Positions 27,288 through 35,688 of a stretch of DNA of 37,635 nucleotides are shown one piece after another. Under the pieces are notes generated by a model. It made no database searches. It saw only the letters and a program-made list of their open reading frames with translations, and was not told the DNA's origin. Made by a program: the position numbers and the translations under genes. Location of the stretch: the IMG/VR virus record IMGVR_UViG_3300026266_000007, positions 1-37,635 of that record; one strand, written 5' to 3'. Within the stretch, counting starts at the first letter, position 1; every line of letters starts with the position of its first letter. Source of the stretch: a virus. Taxonomy: Duplodnaviria; Caudoviricetes.

Positions 27288-27405
27288 AAAGATACCCTTT
27301 CACTACTCTGGAACTGTGGCTAAGTATTATCAGTTTACCTTTTTTGTCATAAGCTGAAAACTTGCCATTTCGTTTCTCTACTGTTGCGGATTTACGTTTA
27401 GGCAC
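27235..27405 (-). CDS. Small basic hypothetical protein (~56 aa, ...VEKRNGKFSAYDKKGKLIILSH...)
   Basis: Read by eye; fills the gap in the lysis cluster; GTG start uncertain. Confidence 0.5.
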   Translation of the reverse strand: MPKRKSATVEKRNGKFSAYDKKGKLIILSHSSRVVKGYLYEQGRNGSLGPQWQRKN

Positions 27406-27551
27406 GTCAAGGCCATGCTTGAATGAGTTACCATAATCTTTGCTTTTTCTTTTTCAATATTACAACTTTCCAAATCCCCATAAGAACCAATTTGGTAATA
27501 CCTGAGGTTGTCAGTATTTACAAAGTGCAAAAAAATCAAAACGTAAATCAT
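27378..27551 (-). CDS. Small protein with hydrophobic N-terminus and two Cys
   Basis: MIYVLIFLHF...; ATGA coupling at 27548-27551. Confidence 0.7.
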   Translation of the reverse strand: MIYVLIFLHFVNTDNLRYYQIGSYGDLESCNIEKEKAKIMVTHSSMALTCLNVNPQQ

Positions 27552-28015
27552 GGAAGAAAATCCCTTAAATTTATCCAATTCATATAGTGAAGATACGCAC
27601 TGGCTCCAACAAACGTAAAAATCAATAACACAATTATTCCTACTATTGTAATCATTAACTCTTGCTGAGCTATCTGGTCCCTTCTTGCCTGAGCCTCGGC
27701 CTCACGTTTTTCCTGAAGAACTTCCCTGCGTATTTTAAGAAGTGTCTGCCAGTGTGATGGGCCCAGCCCCGATTGCCTAGGGTCACAAATAAAAGCTTTT
27801 AGTTGCTCCTCAGCGTCGGCAGCGGCGCGTAATTTCGCAAATCGTTCCATACTAATTTTATTCACGTCAGAGCTGGTAATGCCCTTCTTTTGTAATTTTT
27901 TTTTAGCATTGTCGGTAGCATCAAAAAATTGCCCAAGCTGTTTGCTTAGGCCATGCAATGATTTGCCGGCGCTAATGCCTAATTTAATTGAGCTAAGAAG
28001 GCTAATAGGATCGAT
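27548..28015 (-). CDS. Coiled-coil protein with C-terminal TM helix; probable ATC start
   Basis: Frame extends 19 codons upstream of the called TTG to ATC-GAT-CCT-ATT, 7 nt after GGGAG. Confidence 0.7.
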   Translation of the reverse strand: MDPISLLSSIKLGISAGKSLHGLSKQLGQFFDATDNAKKKLQKKGITSSDVNKISMERFAKLRAAADAEEQLKAFICDPRQSGLGPSHWQTLLKIRREVLQEKREAEAQARRDQIAQQELMITIVGIIVLLIFTFVGASAYLHYMNWINLRDFLP

Positions 28016-28018
28016 TTT

Positions 28019-28423
28019 TTATCTCCCATCCGACATTGTTGGACGTCTTGCTAGGAAATCTAAAGAGTTTTCTAAAGTCTTAACTCTAGATTGTAGCTTA
28101 ACAATAGCCATCATATGACTTGCCATCCCACCTACGTCCTCATGTATTTGGTCTATTTCTTCCCAAATTTCATTATCGGCGCTTTCCATATCCTCATAAT
28201 GTTCTGAAAGTATGTCGATCATTTCTTCAATATTTTCACTATTTTGCTCTACATCTCTGATCAAATTTGTCCTGTCAGCGGCGCTGTTAGACGCCGTGAG
28301 GACAGCAATATCCTCCGTGAGTGCTTCAATGGTGGCAGCCTGTTGGCTCACCCACCACACGCCTCCGGCGAGCTGCATGGCTAATACACCCACTAGGGCG
28401 ATGGGCAGACGCATATTTTCCAT
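28019..28423 (-). CDS. N-terminally anchored coiled-coil protein (lysis cluster, possibly spanin-like)
   Basis: LPIALVGVLAMQLAGGVWWVS TM segment followed by heptads; GGAG RBS. Confidence 0.7.
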   Translation of the reverse strand: MENMRLPIALVGVLAMQLAGGVWWVSQQAATIEALTEDIAVLTASNSAADRTNLIRDVEQNSENIEEMIDILSEHYEDMESADNEIWEEIDQIHEDVGGMASHMMAIVKLQSRVKTLENSLDFLARRPTMSDGR

Positions 28424-28491
28424 AAATAAACTCCATTTTTTTATCTTTTTAACATATTTTAAAAATAATTAAAATAAATGCTTTGTAGGGG

Positions 28492-28523
28492 TTGATATTT
28501 ATAGGTGTTAACATTAAGTTAAC
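28492..28523 (+). promoter_or_regulatory. Early promoter TTGATA-N17-TAAGTT overlapped by a perfect GTTAAC-N5-GTTAAC box (28507-28523)
   Basis: Upstream of the first early gene; box equals TTAA-N7-TTAAC. Confidence 0.7.
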
Positions 28524-28549
28524 AGTATAGAGTTTTAAAGGAGAAAAAA

Positions 28550-28768
28550 ATGGAACATGATCAAGTACCTGTCAAAGTAGGAAAGTGGATGGAAAACTTT
28601 GTAGTTAATGATTGCATCTTGCCAGCAAACACTGAGTTAAAATTGATCGTTTCAGAGGGAACAAAAATTTATAAAATAAAAGATCAAGTAATTTTTACTC
28701 ATTACATAGACGAAGATGGTGAGTGGTCACACGTATCTTTTAAAGAGGGAATGTTTACCAAAGGGTAA
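28550..28768 (+). CDS. Early hypothetical protein
   Basis: AAGGAG RBS. Confidence 0.8.
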   Translation: MEHDQVPVKVGKWMENFVVNDCILPANTELKLIVSEGTKIYKIKDQVIFTHYIDEDGEWSHVSFKEGMFTKG

Positions 28769-28770
28769 TA

Positions 28771-28790
28771 AACGGGGGCTACGGCCCCCA
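28771..28790 (+). repeat. Intergenic hairpin repeat 1 (AACGGGGGCTACGGCCCCCA)
   Basis: Identical to 29615-29634; cUACGg tetraloop. Confidence 0.9.
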
Positions 28791-28803
28791 GAAAGGAAAA
28801 AAA

Positions 28804-28992
28804 ATGTCAGATAAATCTTTAGAATCTCGTGTAGATAGCGCAATCAATCACTTACTATCAGTTATTGATCGTCGTGGGTTAGATAATGTTTCAGAAGAAA
28901 CACAAGAAGCATATTGGTCATTATATGCATTGAGCGAGGGTCTAAATGGCTCACCAGAAGACGGTTCAATGATTGTTTTTTATACACCTTAA
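28804..28992 (+). CDS. Early hypothetical protein
   Basis: AAGGA RBS after the hairpin. Confidence 0.8.
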   Translation: MSDKSLESRVDSAINHLLSVIDRRGLDNVSEETQEAYWSLYALSEGLNGSPEDGSMIVFYTP

Positions 28993-29006
28993 TAGGAGAG
29001 AAGATA

Positions 29007-29372
29007 ATGTCAGGTATTCAATTAAAAGCAGTTAGAGTAGCAAAAGGTGTCCCAGCTTGGGACATCATGCTATCCGACGGAAACGGCGAAGAGCGCAATG
29101 TCGGAATGATGTCAGATTTTCCAATGGAAAAATCATATGTCTGCACGCTACGAGCTGACAACGTAAATGCAGAGATAGAGCTACGTCATAAAGCGCTTTC
29201 AGATATGCTTGCAGCTATACGCAAAGCAGTCGAAGAGCGACAAGAGCGTTTAGAAGAATGGTACGAAAATGAACGTAGCTATGAAGCGGAATTTGCCGCT
29301 GAACGCGCAGCCGAAGTCTGGTGGGAGAGCCGCTACGATCATTTTGACGAAGATCACGGAGAAGCGTGGTAA
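29007..29372 (+). CDS. Early hypothetical protein with acidic C-terminus
   Basis: AGGAGAG RBS places the start at ATG 29007. Confidence 0.8.
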   Translation: MSGIQLKAVRVAKGVPAWDIMLSDGNGEERNVGMMSDFPMEKSYVCTLRADNVNAEIELRHKALSDMLAAIRKAVEERQERLEEWYENERSYEAEFAAERAAEVWWESRYDHFDEDHGEAW

Positions 29373-29380
29373 TTTCAACA

Positions 29381-29397
29381 GGGGGCGTAAAGCCCCC
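29381..29397 (+). repeat. Intergenic hairpin repeat 2 (GGGGGC-GTAAA-GCCCCC)
   Basis: Same stem with a different loop; precedes an RBS. Confidence 0.85.
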
Positions 29398-29419
29398 ACA
29401 ACCTAAAGGAGAAGTAAAA

Positions 29420-29602
29420 ATGGGACATGATACAGGAAGATGGGGGAGTTGTGTAGGATGCAGATGTAGCGCACCATTTCGCCCAGACGTTAATTGGGTT
29501 CTTTGTGAAGAGTGCTATCAAATGACTTTGGAGACTAATGCAGAGTCAGAGGCTGAGTATCTCGAAGAGGAACGTCTGAGAAGAGAAAGGGAGGAGGCAT
29601 AA
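29420..29602 (+). CDS. Small putative zinc-finger protein
   Basis: CVGC...CEEC; AAGGAG RBS places the start at 29420. Confidence 0.75.
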   Translation: MGHDTGRWGSCVGCRCSAPFRPDVNWVLCEECYQMTLETNAESEAEYLEEERLRREREEA

Positions 29603-29614
29603 GCCCTCCTCTTC

Positions 29615-29634
29615 AACGGGGGCTACGGCCCCCA
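29615..29634 (+). repeat. Intergenic hairpin repeat 3 (AACGGGGGCTACGGCCCCCA)
   Basis: Identical to repeat 1; preceded by a GAGGAGG/CCTCCTC hairpin (29591-29611). Confidence 0.9.
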
Positions 29635-29651
29635 CTTTTAAGGAGATAAAA

Positions 29652-30056
29652 ATGACATACGCAGTTATCGAAGAAAGATCATCTTGGTTATCAACAGAGT
29701 TTGGTGAGACATTAGCTCGTAAATATTTTGGTGACGAAGTTGTTGACGATATGCCGCGCTATGTTCGCGGTAAGCGTAAAGGCCAAATCAAAGGTAAAAT
29801 GACTTGGTTAAAAGTTGATAGTGGTGGATGGGTTCGAGGTGTTTACTCAGATGTTTTTGGTGACATTAAAGGTTGGGGCGTAGAAAGACGCAGAGGTAAA
29901 ATTATCAGAGCTGCAATAACTATTCCTCAGTGGGGCGCTCCAGACGAAAATATTGCTCTTTATGTAACAAATACTCCTGAGCTTGACGGTTTAGATAGGT
30001 ATCACCTCAAGGAAAAAGGAATAAAAATTTTTGAAGATAACTTGCAAGGGTTGTGA
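29652..30056 (+). CDS. Early hypothetical protein
   Basis: AAGGAG RBS. Confidence 0.8.
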   Translation: MTYAVIEERSSWLSTEFGETLARKYFGDEVVDDMPRYVRGKRKGQIKGKMTWLKVDSGGWVRGVYSDVFGDIKGWGVERRRGKIIRAAITIPQWGAPDENIALYVTNTPELDGLDRYHLKEKGIKIFEDNLQGL

Positions 30057-30060
30057 AACT

Positions 30061-30088
30061 AATAACTAGGTGTTAACAAGTTGCTGAC
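30061..30088. promoter_or_regulatory. Triple box AATAAC-N5-GTTAAC-N5-GCTGAC upstream of the RHH gene
   Basis: Three half-sites at 11-bp periodicity. Confidence 0.55.
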
Positions 30089-30104
30089 AAATACGGAGAT
30101 AAAT

Positions 30105-30311
30105 ATGCAAGTACAACTTACTAAAGATGGCGGCAAGTGGAACAAGCGCAAGAAAAAGCAGATTGGCCCTCGCATGGAGGAAGAGCTTGTTGACCATATC
30201 AAAGAGGAAGCAGCTAGAGTTGGCGTGTCAGAAAATGAGTACGTCAAGATGCTAGTTGTCAAAGACGCTAAAGCTAAAGGGAAGAGCTTACAGTATGATT
30301 ATTGGCATTGA
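30105..30311 (+). CDS. Ribbon-helix-helix (Arc/CopG-like) regulator
   Basis: KQIGPRMEEELVDHIKEEAARVGVSENEYVKMLV; GGAG RBS. Confidence 0.75.
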   Translation: MQVQLTKDGGKWNKRKKKQIGPRMEEELVDHIKEEAARVGVSENEYVKMLVVKDAKAKGKSLQYDYWH

Positions 30312-30771
30312 TTGCGGCTACAAGACGGGCGGCGTTGCCCTCTTATCACCCAGAGACAACTGGGCTGAGGTTCACGACTTACCCGTGTACGACGAGGGCG
30401 GCGTGGACGTAGCTGCATTAATGGACCTGATTACCAGCGGAGACAAAGTCGATCACATTTACGTGGAGCGTCAGCACGCCATGCCTAAGCAGGGCGTCGT
30501 ATCTACATTTAAAATCGGTTTTGCATTCGGACAGATAACAAGCACTTGTGCACTATCTAAATCGCCTTACACTATCGTAAGCGCCAACACTTGGAAACGA
30601 GCTTTAGGCTTGGCAAAAGATAAAGACGCGAGTAGACGTCTAGCACAGCAGTGGTATCCTGACTTAACGTCAGAGTTAAAAAGAAAAAAAGATGAACACA
30701 GAGCCGAGGCTCTACTCATTGGAAATTATGGGAGTAAACAACATGAGTATCAAACTAAACCTCGACAATGA
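30295..30771 (+). CDS. RuvC-like Holliday junction resolvase
   Basis: MIIGIDCG..GG, YVERQHAMPKQGVVSTF, WKRALGL, DEHRAEALLI. Confidence 0.9.
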   Translation: MIIGIDCGYKTGGVALLSPRDNWAEVHDLPVYDEGGVDVAALMDLITSGDKVDHIYVERQHAMPKQGVVSTFKIGFAFGQITSTCALSKSPYTIVSANTWKRALGLAKDKDASRRLAQQWYPDLTSELKRKKDEHRAEALLIGNYGSKQHEYQTKPRQ

Positions 30772-31540
30772 GGAGTATCACCTATCGCCAGCATTAAGCG
30801 CGTCAGGTGCAAAAATTATAGCGCAGAAGTCATTAGCGCATTACAAGTACGGCGAATTTAAAAGCTCGGCAGCTTTTGACTTAGGCACAGCTACTCACAC
30901 TCTCTGTTTAGAGCCTCATAGATCCAACACTGTCTGGTGTGGGCCAGAGACTAGACGAGGCAAGGCGTGGACTGAGCATAAGGATGAAGCTGAAGCCGCC
31001 GGCGCAATCCTACTGACAGAGGCAGAGTATAAAATTGCACACGACATGGCTAAGGCTGTGTGGGCAAATGAGGAAGCGGCAAAACTATTAACTGGTGACA
31101 TTTTAATAGAGCCCAGTTTGTTCGTAAAAGATCATGTCAGGAATGCTGACCTAAGATGTAGGCCGGATGCGTGGCGAAAAGATATTGCCGTAATAATTGA
31201 TTTAAAGACAACGATAGATCCTTCGCCTGCCGGCTTCGCGTCGCAGGCTGGCAAGCTAGGCTATCACATACAGGACCAGTTTTACCGTATGTGTATGGCA
31301 CTCGAAGGTCACGAGATAGACCGGTTTGTATTTATCGCTGTAGGAAAAGACGCGCCCTACACTGTGGGCGTCTATGAGCTCGACGAGCGGTCACTGCAAG
31401 AGGGCAGGGCAGCCGTTGAATATGCGCTGGACAGATTTGTGTTGGCGCAGGAAACCGGTGTGTGGGGGTATGATTATGGGGAGTTGCAAACGATCCAGAT
31501 ACCGCCGTACACTTTTAAATTCACCAATGAGCAAACGTAG
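30743..31540 (+). CDS. RecE/exonuclease VIII-like PD-(D/E)XK nuclease (DUF3799-like)
   Basis: YH...LSASG, GTATHTLCLEP, RCRPD...IIDLKTT, GYHIQ..FY, FVFIAVGK. Confidence 0.9.
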   Translation: MSIKLNLDNEEYHLSPALSASGAKIIAQKSLAHYKYGEFKSSAAFDLGTATHTLCLEPHRSNTVWCGPETRRGKAWTEHKDEAEAAGAILLTEAEYKIAHDMAKAVWANEEAAKLLTGDILIEPSLFVKDHVRNADLRCRPDAWRKDIAVIIDLKTTIDPSPAGFASQAGKLGYHIQDQFYRMCMALEGHEIDRFVFIAVGKDAPYTVGVYELDERSLQEGRAAVEYALDRFVLAQETGVWGYDYGELQTIQIPPYTFKFTNEQT

Positions 31541-31554
31541 TCAGGAGACACATT

Positions 31555-32163
31555 ATGCCAATTTCTTTTCAAGATGATACACAAACTTCCGATATGTCAT
31601 ATGTCAGGGTTAACTTGCCACAGAATAAGTGGACTATTAAAACTCCGTCAGGTGACTTAGAGGATATTGATATGAATAAGGGGATAGCCATTGACGTTAA
31701 AAACGTCGTCTTTGGCTGGCTTCACATTGACGTCGGCGTGCGCGAATTTTTAGCGTGGCCGTCGCCTGCACAGCCGTTAGTTAAGCCTGAGGGGAGCCCA
31801 CACAAAAAAGGGTTCGAGGTAGATTGCTGGGCTAATGGGCGTGAAGCTCAATTCAGTAACAACAGTTATGGAGCTGGTCAGTTTATAGCTAAGCTTTATA
31901 ACCAAGTTGAGGAAGATCCAAATTTCGCAACAAAAATACCGGTGGTGCAAGTTACAACCAGTACACCTGTTGTGATAGGTAAGGGAACTTCTTACGATGT
32001 GGGCTTCAACATTGCCAAGTGGATTGATCGTCCAACTGGCAGTGAGCAACCCGTTGCAATGGCCGCGACGACTTATGAGGCAACGCCTGCCGCGACAGAA
32101 ACGCAACCTCCCAGTGTTCAACCGGCAGGGGACAGTGGTCAAGGTAATAACTTCGGGTTCTAA
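31555..32163 (+). CDS. Putative single-stranded DNA-binding protein
   Basis: Position between nuclease and primase; beta-rich core, KWIDRP, flexible tail ending FGF. Confidence 0.55.
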   Translation: MPISFQDDTQTSDMSYVRVNLPQNKWTIKTPSGDLEDIDMNKGIAIDVKNVVFGWLHIDVGVREFLAWPSPAQPLVKPEGSPHKKGFEVDCWANGREAQFSNNSYGAGQFIAKLYNQVEEDPNFATKIPVVQVTTSTPVVIGKGTSYDVGFNIAKWIDRPTGSEQPVAMAATTYEATPAATETQPPSVQPAGDSGQGNNFGF

Positions 32164-32170
32164 GAAGACG

Positions 32171-32198
32171 CGCCCTGCCTGAGTGATTGGGCAGGGCG
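32171..32198. other. Intergenic hairpin
   Basis: CGCCCTGCC / GGCAGGGCG; no U-tract. Confidence 0.7.
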
Positions 32199-32219
32199 TA
32201 TGTAATTTGGGAGATAAAA

Positions 32220-34421
32220 ATGTCAGAAGTTTATTTTGAAAAAGTAAAAGAAAGTGCCGTCGGCGACGTCGTAATGACGTTAAAAGGTGGACGTAATGAA
32301 ACATTAAACAAGGCTGCATATTTGTTGGGTAGGCACGCGCACCTAGCGCCGGCCAATGTTGACCTAGCCATTATGGAGCTGCACACGGCTGCAAAGTCAG
32401 TCGGGCTAACTGAGCCAGAGATAAAAGCCACGATTGGATCAGGTTTTAAACGTGGCGGCGAAAATCCAAAAATTTTAGAAAACTCCGATGCAATGCCTTA
32501 CACAGTGTCAGAGTTCGATAGGTTAATCAGCCGGCTGGCTAATAAGGAAATGCTGGTACGGGATCAGGAAACACGTAAAGACAAAATTAAAAAGGCTAAG
32601 GAAGCGTGGGACAGGGCCGTACCTATCAGTCGTGATAACAAGGACGCAATACGTCCGGCGTTGCTTTACCTTAACTCACGGGGCCTCAGAGCGTCTACAG
32701 CAACGAATGTAGCGCGATTTAGCCCTAACGTGTACGACGGGCCAGCAATCGTATTTCCGGCCATTAATTCGGAGGCTGAAGTGCAGGGCATACAGGCCGT
32801 GCTACTAACGCCTGAGGGTAAGAAGCGTGAGCACAATGGTATCAGTAAATACAGCCGTGGCGTTATAGCTGGTAACGTAATGCGTATTGGCGACGAGCAC
32901 GACGGCGGCGCAATCATAATGGTGGAAGGGCCTGAAGACGCATTGTCAGTACACCAAGCGACAAGCGGTAATGTCGAGGCGACTATCGTGTGCACATTTG
33001 GTAAGGCTGGAATGCAGTCATATAACGTACCTAGAGCCTCAGACGTGACGATATGTGCAGATCCTGACTTAGACGTAGACAAATGCGCTGACGTGCTCAG
33101 CGGCGACGGTAGCACGTCTGTGCACGTCGTCAGGTTTAACGAGCTGGGCGTCGAGAACGTCGTGGACGCAAACGACTACTTAAAGGAAGTGGGTGAGGAT
33201 AAGCTGCGTGAGGCATTGGCGCTGGCAAAGCCGGTAGAGCAAGTGAAACAGGAAACTATTGAGGCTGAGAGGCAGTGGCCGACGCCATATGATCCGATAG
33301 ATCCGGCAACAATACCGGCGAGGCGCTGGATATATGGCCGTCACTACATACGTTCTAACGTGAGCGTACTGGCATCGGCTGGCGGCATTGGTAAGACCTC
33401 AATGCAAACAGTTGAGGCGCTGGCTATTGCTACGGGCAAGGCGTTGCTGGAGGATATGGTTCACGAGCAATGTAACGTGTGGCTCATTAACCTAGAAGAT
33501 CCGTTGGAGGAAATGCAGCGGCGTGTGGCTGCCGCCATGATGCACTACAACATAAAAGCTGACGACGTCAGGGGCCGGCTATTTCTGGACGCTGGGCGCG
33601 ATTTAAAAATTATATTTGCTAAGCAGTCACGCGACGGGCTCGACGTAGACGAGGAGCTCAGGGAATACATGGCCGATAAGATAGAGCAAAACAATATTGG
33701 CATGGTATTCGTTGACCCGTGGGTTGGAGCTAATCAGATTAACGAGAATGATAACGTGGCAATGAATGCGGCGATAGCCAGTGTCAGATCAATAGCTGAC
33801 AAGACAGATTGCGCTTTTGTGTTGACGCATCACATACGTAAGATGCACGGCGACGACGCGACGGTGGATAGCGTGCGTGGAGCTGGGTCACTTATCGGAG
33901 CTGCTAGGGCTGCCAGAGTTATTAACAAAGTAAGTCAGGACGACGCGCTGAAGCTGGGTGTTAACGAGCAACAAAGTCTGGGCATATTCAGAGTTGACGA
34001 CGGCAAGGCTAACTTGGCGCCGCCGGCAGAGAAGGCGGTGTACAGGCGAATGGAAGGCGTGCAGCTACCTAATGGTGAATACGTGGGCGTCGCGGTTACA
34101 TTTAAAATGCCTGACCTGTTTGACGGCGTGACAACACGCGACGCTATGAAGGTGCAAAGGATAGTTGGGCAGGCGCTGGAAGATGGTGAGCCGTATAGAC
34201 AAAGTGTGCAGGCTAAGATGTGGGTAGGACTAGCCGTGGCAGAGGCGTTAGATCTGGACGTGGAAAAGAAACACGAAAAAGCTAAAATCCGTGCTATAGT
34301 AAAACAATGGCTGGAGACTGACGTGCTACGTGTTGAACAATTTTACGCGAAGAGACAGGCAAGGGAAGTCCAAGTCGTATCGGTTGGAACTTGGATAACT
34401 GGAGAAGAGGCTGGGTTATGA
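32220..34421 (+). CDS. Primase-helicase (PriCT-like + TOPRIM + RecA-type AAA_25 helicase)
   Basis: GGRNETLN; VEGPEDALS, ICADPD, DANDYL; Walker A SAGGIGKTS, Walker B VFVDP, LTHHIRK, VRGAGSL. Confidence 0.92.
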   Translation: MSEVYFEKVKESAVGDVVMTLKGGRNETLNKAAYLLGRHAHLAPANVDLAIMELHTAAKSVGLTEPEIKATIGSGFKRGGENPKILENSDAMPYTVSEFDRLISRLANKEMLVRDQETRKDKIKKAKEAWDRAVPISRDNKDAIRPALLYLNSRGLRASTATNVARFSPNVYDGPAIVFPAINSEAEVQGIQAVLLTPEGKKREHNGISKYSRGVIAGNVMRIGDEHDGGAIIMVEGPEDALSVHQATSGNVEATIVCTFGKAGMQSYNVPRASDVTICADPDLDVDKCADVLSGDGSTSVHVVRFNELGVENVVDANDYLKEVGEDKLREALALAKPVEQVKQETIEAERQWPTPYDPIDPATIPARRWIYGRHYIRSNVSVLASAGGIGKTSMQTVEALAIATGKALLEDMVHEQCNVWLINLEDPLEEMQRRVAAAMMHYNIKADDVRGRLFLDAGRDLKIIFAKQSRDGLDVDEELREYMADKIEQNNIGMVFVDPWVGANQINENDNVAMNAAIASVRSIADKTDCAFVLTHHIRKMHGDDATVDSVRGAGSLIGAARAARVINKVSQDDALKLGVNEQQSLGIFRVDDGKANLAPPAEKAVYRRMEGVQLPNGEYVGVAVTFKMPDLFDGVTTRDAMKVQRIVGQALEDGEPYRQSVQAKMWVGLAVAEALDLDVEKKHEKAKIRAIVKQWLETDVLRVEQFYAKRQAREVQVVSVGTWITGEEAGL

Positions 34422-34654
34422 GTGACAGGAGTGAAAACGAAGAAGTGATTGCACGGCTTGTGTGGAGCGAAGAAGAGAAAAACTATGAGGTGGAGTGGAA
34501 CCATACAAACAAAAGAACCAAAGACATATTTAAGGAAGGCCATAGGCGTGAGGCTCTTAGGGCTTGTGACGACGGGATAGCTGACCTGACGTTTTTTCGT
34601 ATGCTGTTAATAGAAATGAGCGAAATTAGTAGTCATGGGCATACTCTTCATTAA
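34418..34654 (+). CDS. Hypothetical protein
   Basis: ATGA coupling to primase-helicase. Confidence 0.7.
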   Translation: MSDRSENEEVIARLVWSEEEKNYEVEWNHTNKRTKDIFKEGHRREALRACDDGIADLTFFRMLLIEMSEISSHGHTLH

Positions 34655-34655
34655 G

Positions 34656-34792
34656 TTTCCCACCTTCCCATGTCTAGGTGGGGAAAGGTGGGAAAGTGGG
34701 GTAAATTAGCCTGAAAAACCATTCCCCCCACCTTAACGTATGTATATACGTAAGTGGGGGGAGGTGGGATAATGTTAAAAAATAAAGTGGGA
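34656..34792. repeat. GTGGG-repeat/inverted-repeat cluster, putative replication origin
   Basis: TTTCCCACCTT/AAGGTGGGAAA and TCCCCCCAC/GTGGGGGGA stems; six GTGGG copies; downstream of primase-helicase. Confidence 0.55.
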
Positions 34793-34810
34793 AAAATTAG
34801 GGAGAATAGC

Positions 34811-35422
34811 ATGGTAATGAAAAAGAAAAAGAAACGTGTTACATTAGCTGAAGCACAGAGAAAGGGACGTGATGTACTTGGTAGACCTGAAGGTGGCGCT
34901 CCACTTATTAAAGCAGAAGTGTGGGGACAACTTAAACCGTTGGATCGTATTGCCCGTGAGAAAGTTGATAACTGGGGTGATACGTTGCCTACGTTTGTTC
35001 CTCCAGAAATGGCTGGACGTTTTGAAGCTGCTTACGAGGCGTTAGGTTACGCCGTCGAAGCTAACGACGTAATGGCAACTAATCAGATTGCAGCTCAACT
35101 TATGAGGGCGTGGGAGCTGTTGGAGAAGACAGCTCTTGAAGCTGGTCACAAGCCACCGGCTGAGGATTGCTATTGCGTCGAGCTCGAAGGTGGTAGAATT
35201 GTTTGCGTTGCATCACGCAATGCTCACATACTACGTGAGAAGTATAAGCATTGGATAGTTTACAGCTTCGAAGATGTTGCTAGAATATTATCTAATGATT
35301 TTACGGCTAAGTTTTTGGAAGAAGCTTACGATAGTTTCCCGAAAGCTGAGATAACAACTGTCATTCGTGACGGCATAGATAAGTCAATAGATTGGTCAAT
35401 AGGGGATGAAATACCGTGGTAA
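34811..35422 (+). CDS. Hypothetical protein (203 aa)
   Basis: AGGGAG RBS places the start at 34811; ends GDEIPW. Confidence 0.8.
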   Translation: MVMKKKKKRVTLAEAQRKGRDVLGRPEGGAPLIKAEVWGQLKPLDRIAREKVDNWGDTLPTFVPPEMAGRFEAAYEALGYAVEANDVMATNQIAAQLMRAWELLEKTALEAGHKPPAEDCYCVELEGGRIVCVASRNAHILREKYKHWIVYSFEDVARILSNDFTAKFLEEAYDSFPKAEITTVIRDGIDKSIDWSIGDEIPW

Positions 35423-35688
35423 TGGATAGAGATGACATATTAAAAGAAGCAATGAAGGTCATTAACAATGATCGTAATGCTGACTATGGAGATGCTAGAG
35501 AAAACTTTGAGAATACGGCTGCGCTCTGGTCAGCTTATCTTGGCTATGAAATAGGGCCTGTTGATGTAGCTGTAATGATGGTGTTGCTTAAAATATCTAG
35601 GATAAGAGTATCGCCTGACAAAGCAGATCACTGGGTAGATATTTGTGGCTACTCAGCTCTATCAGGAGAAATAGCAAATGGTAGGTAA
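35422..35688 (+). CDS. DUF6378-like protein
   Basis: DRNADYGDARENF...LWSAYL...MMVLLKISR...DHWVDICGY. Confidence 0.85.
   Translation: MDRDDILKEAMKVINNDRNADYGDARENFENTAALWSAYLGYEIGPVDVAVMMVLLKISRIRVSPDKADHWVDICGYSALSGEIANGR

Noticed and set aside
28771-29634. Hairpin repeats as a CRISPR mini-array
   Set aside because: Repeats are only 17-20 bp, separated by whole genes of irregular length; no cas genes
34678-34701. G-quadruplex in the origin-like region
   Set aside because: Only three closely spaced G3+ tracts, and they are better explained as inverted-repeat arms
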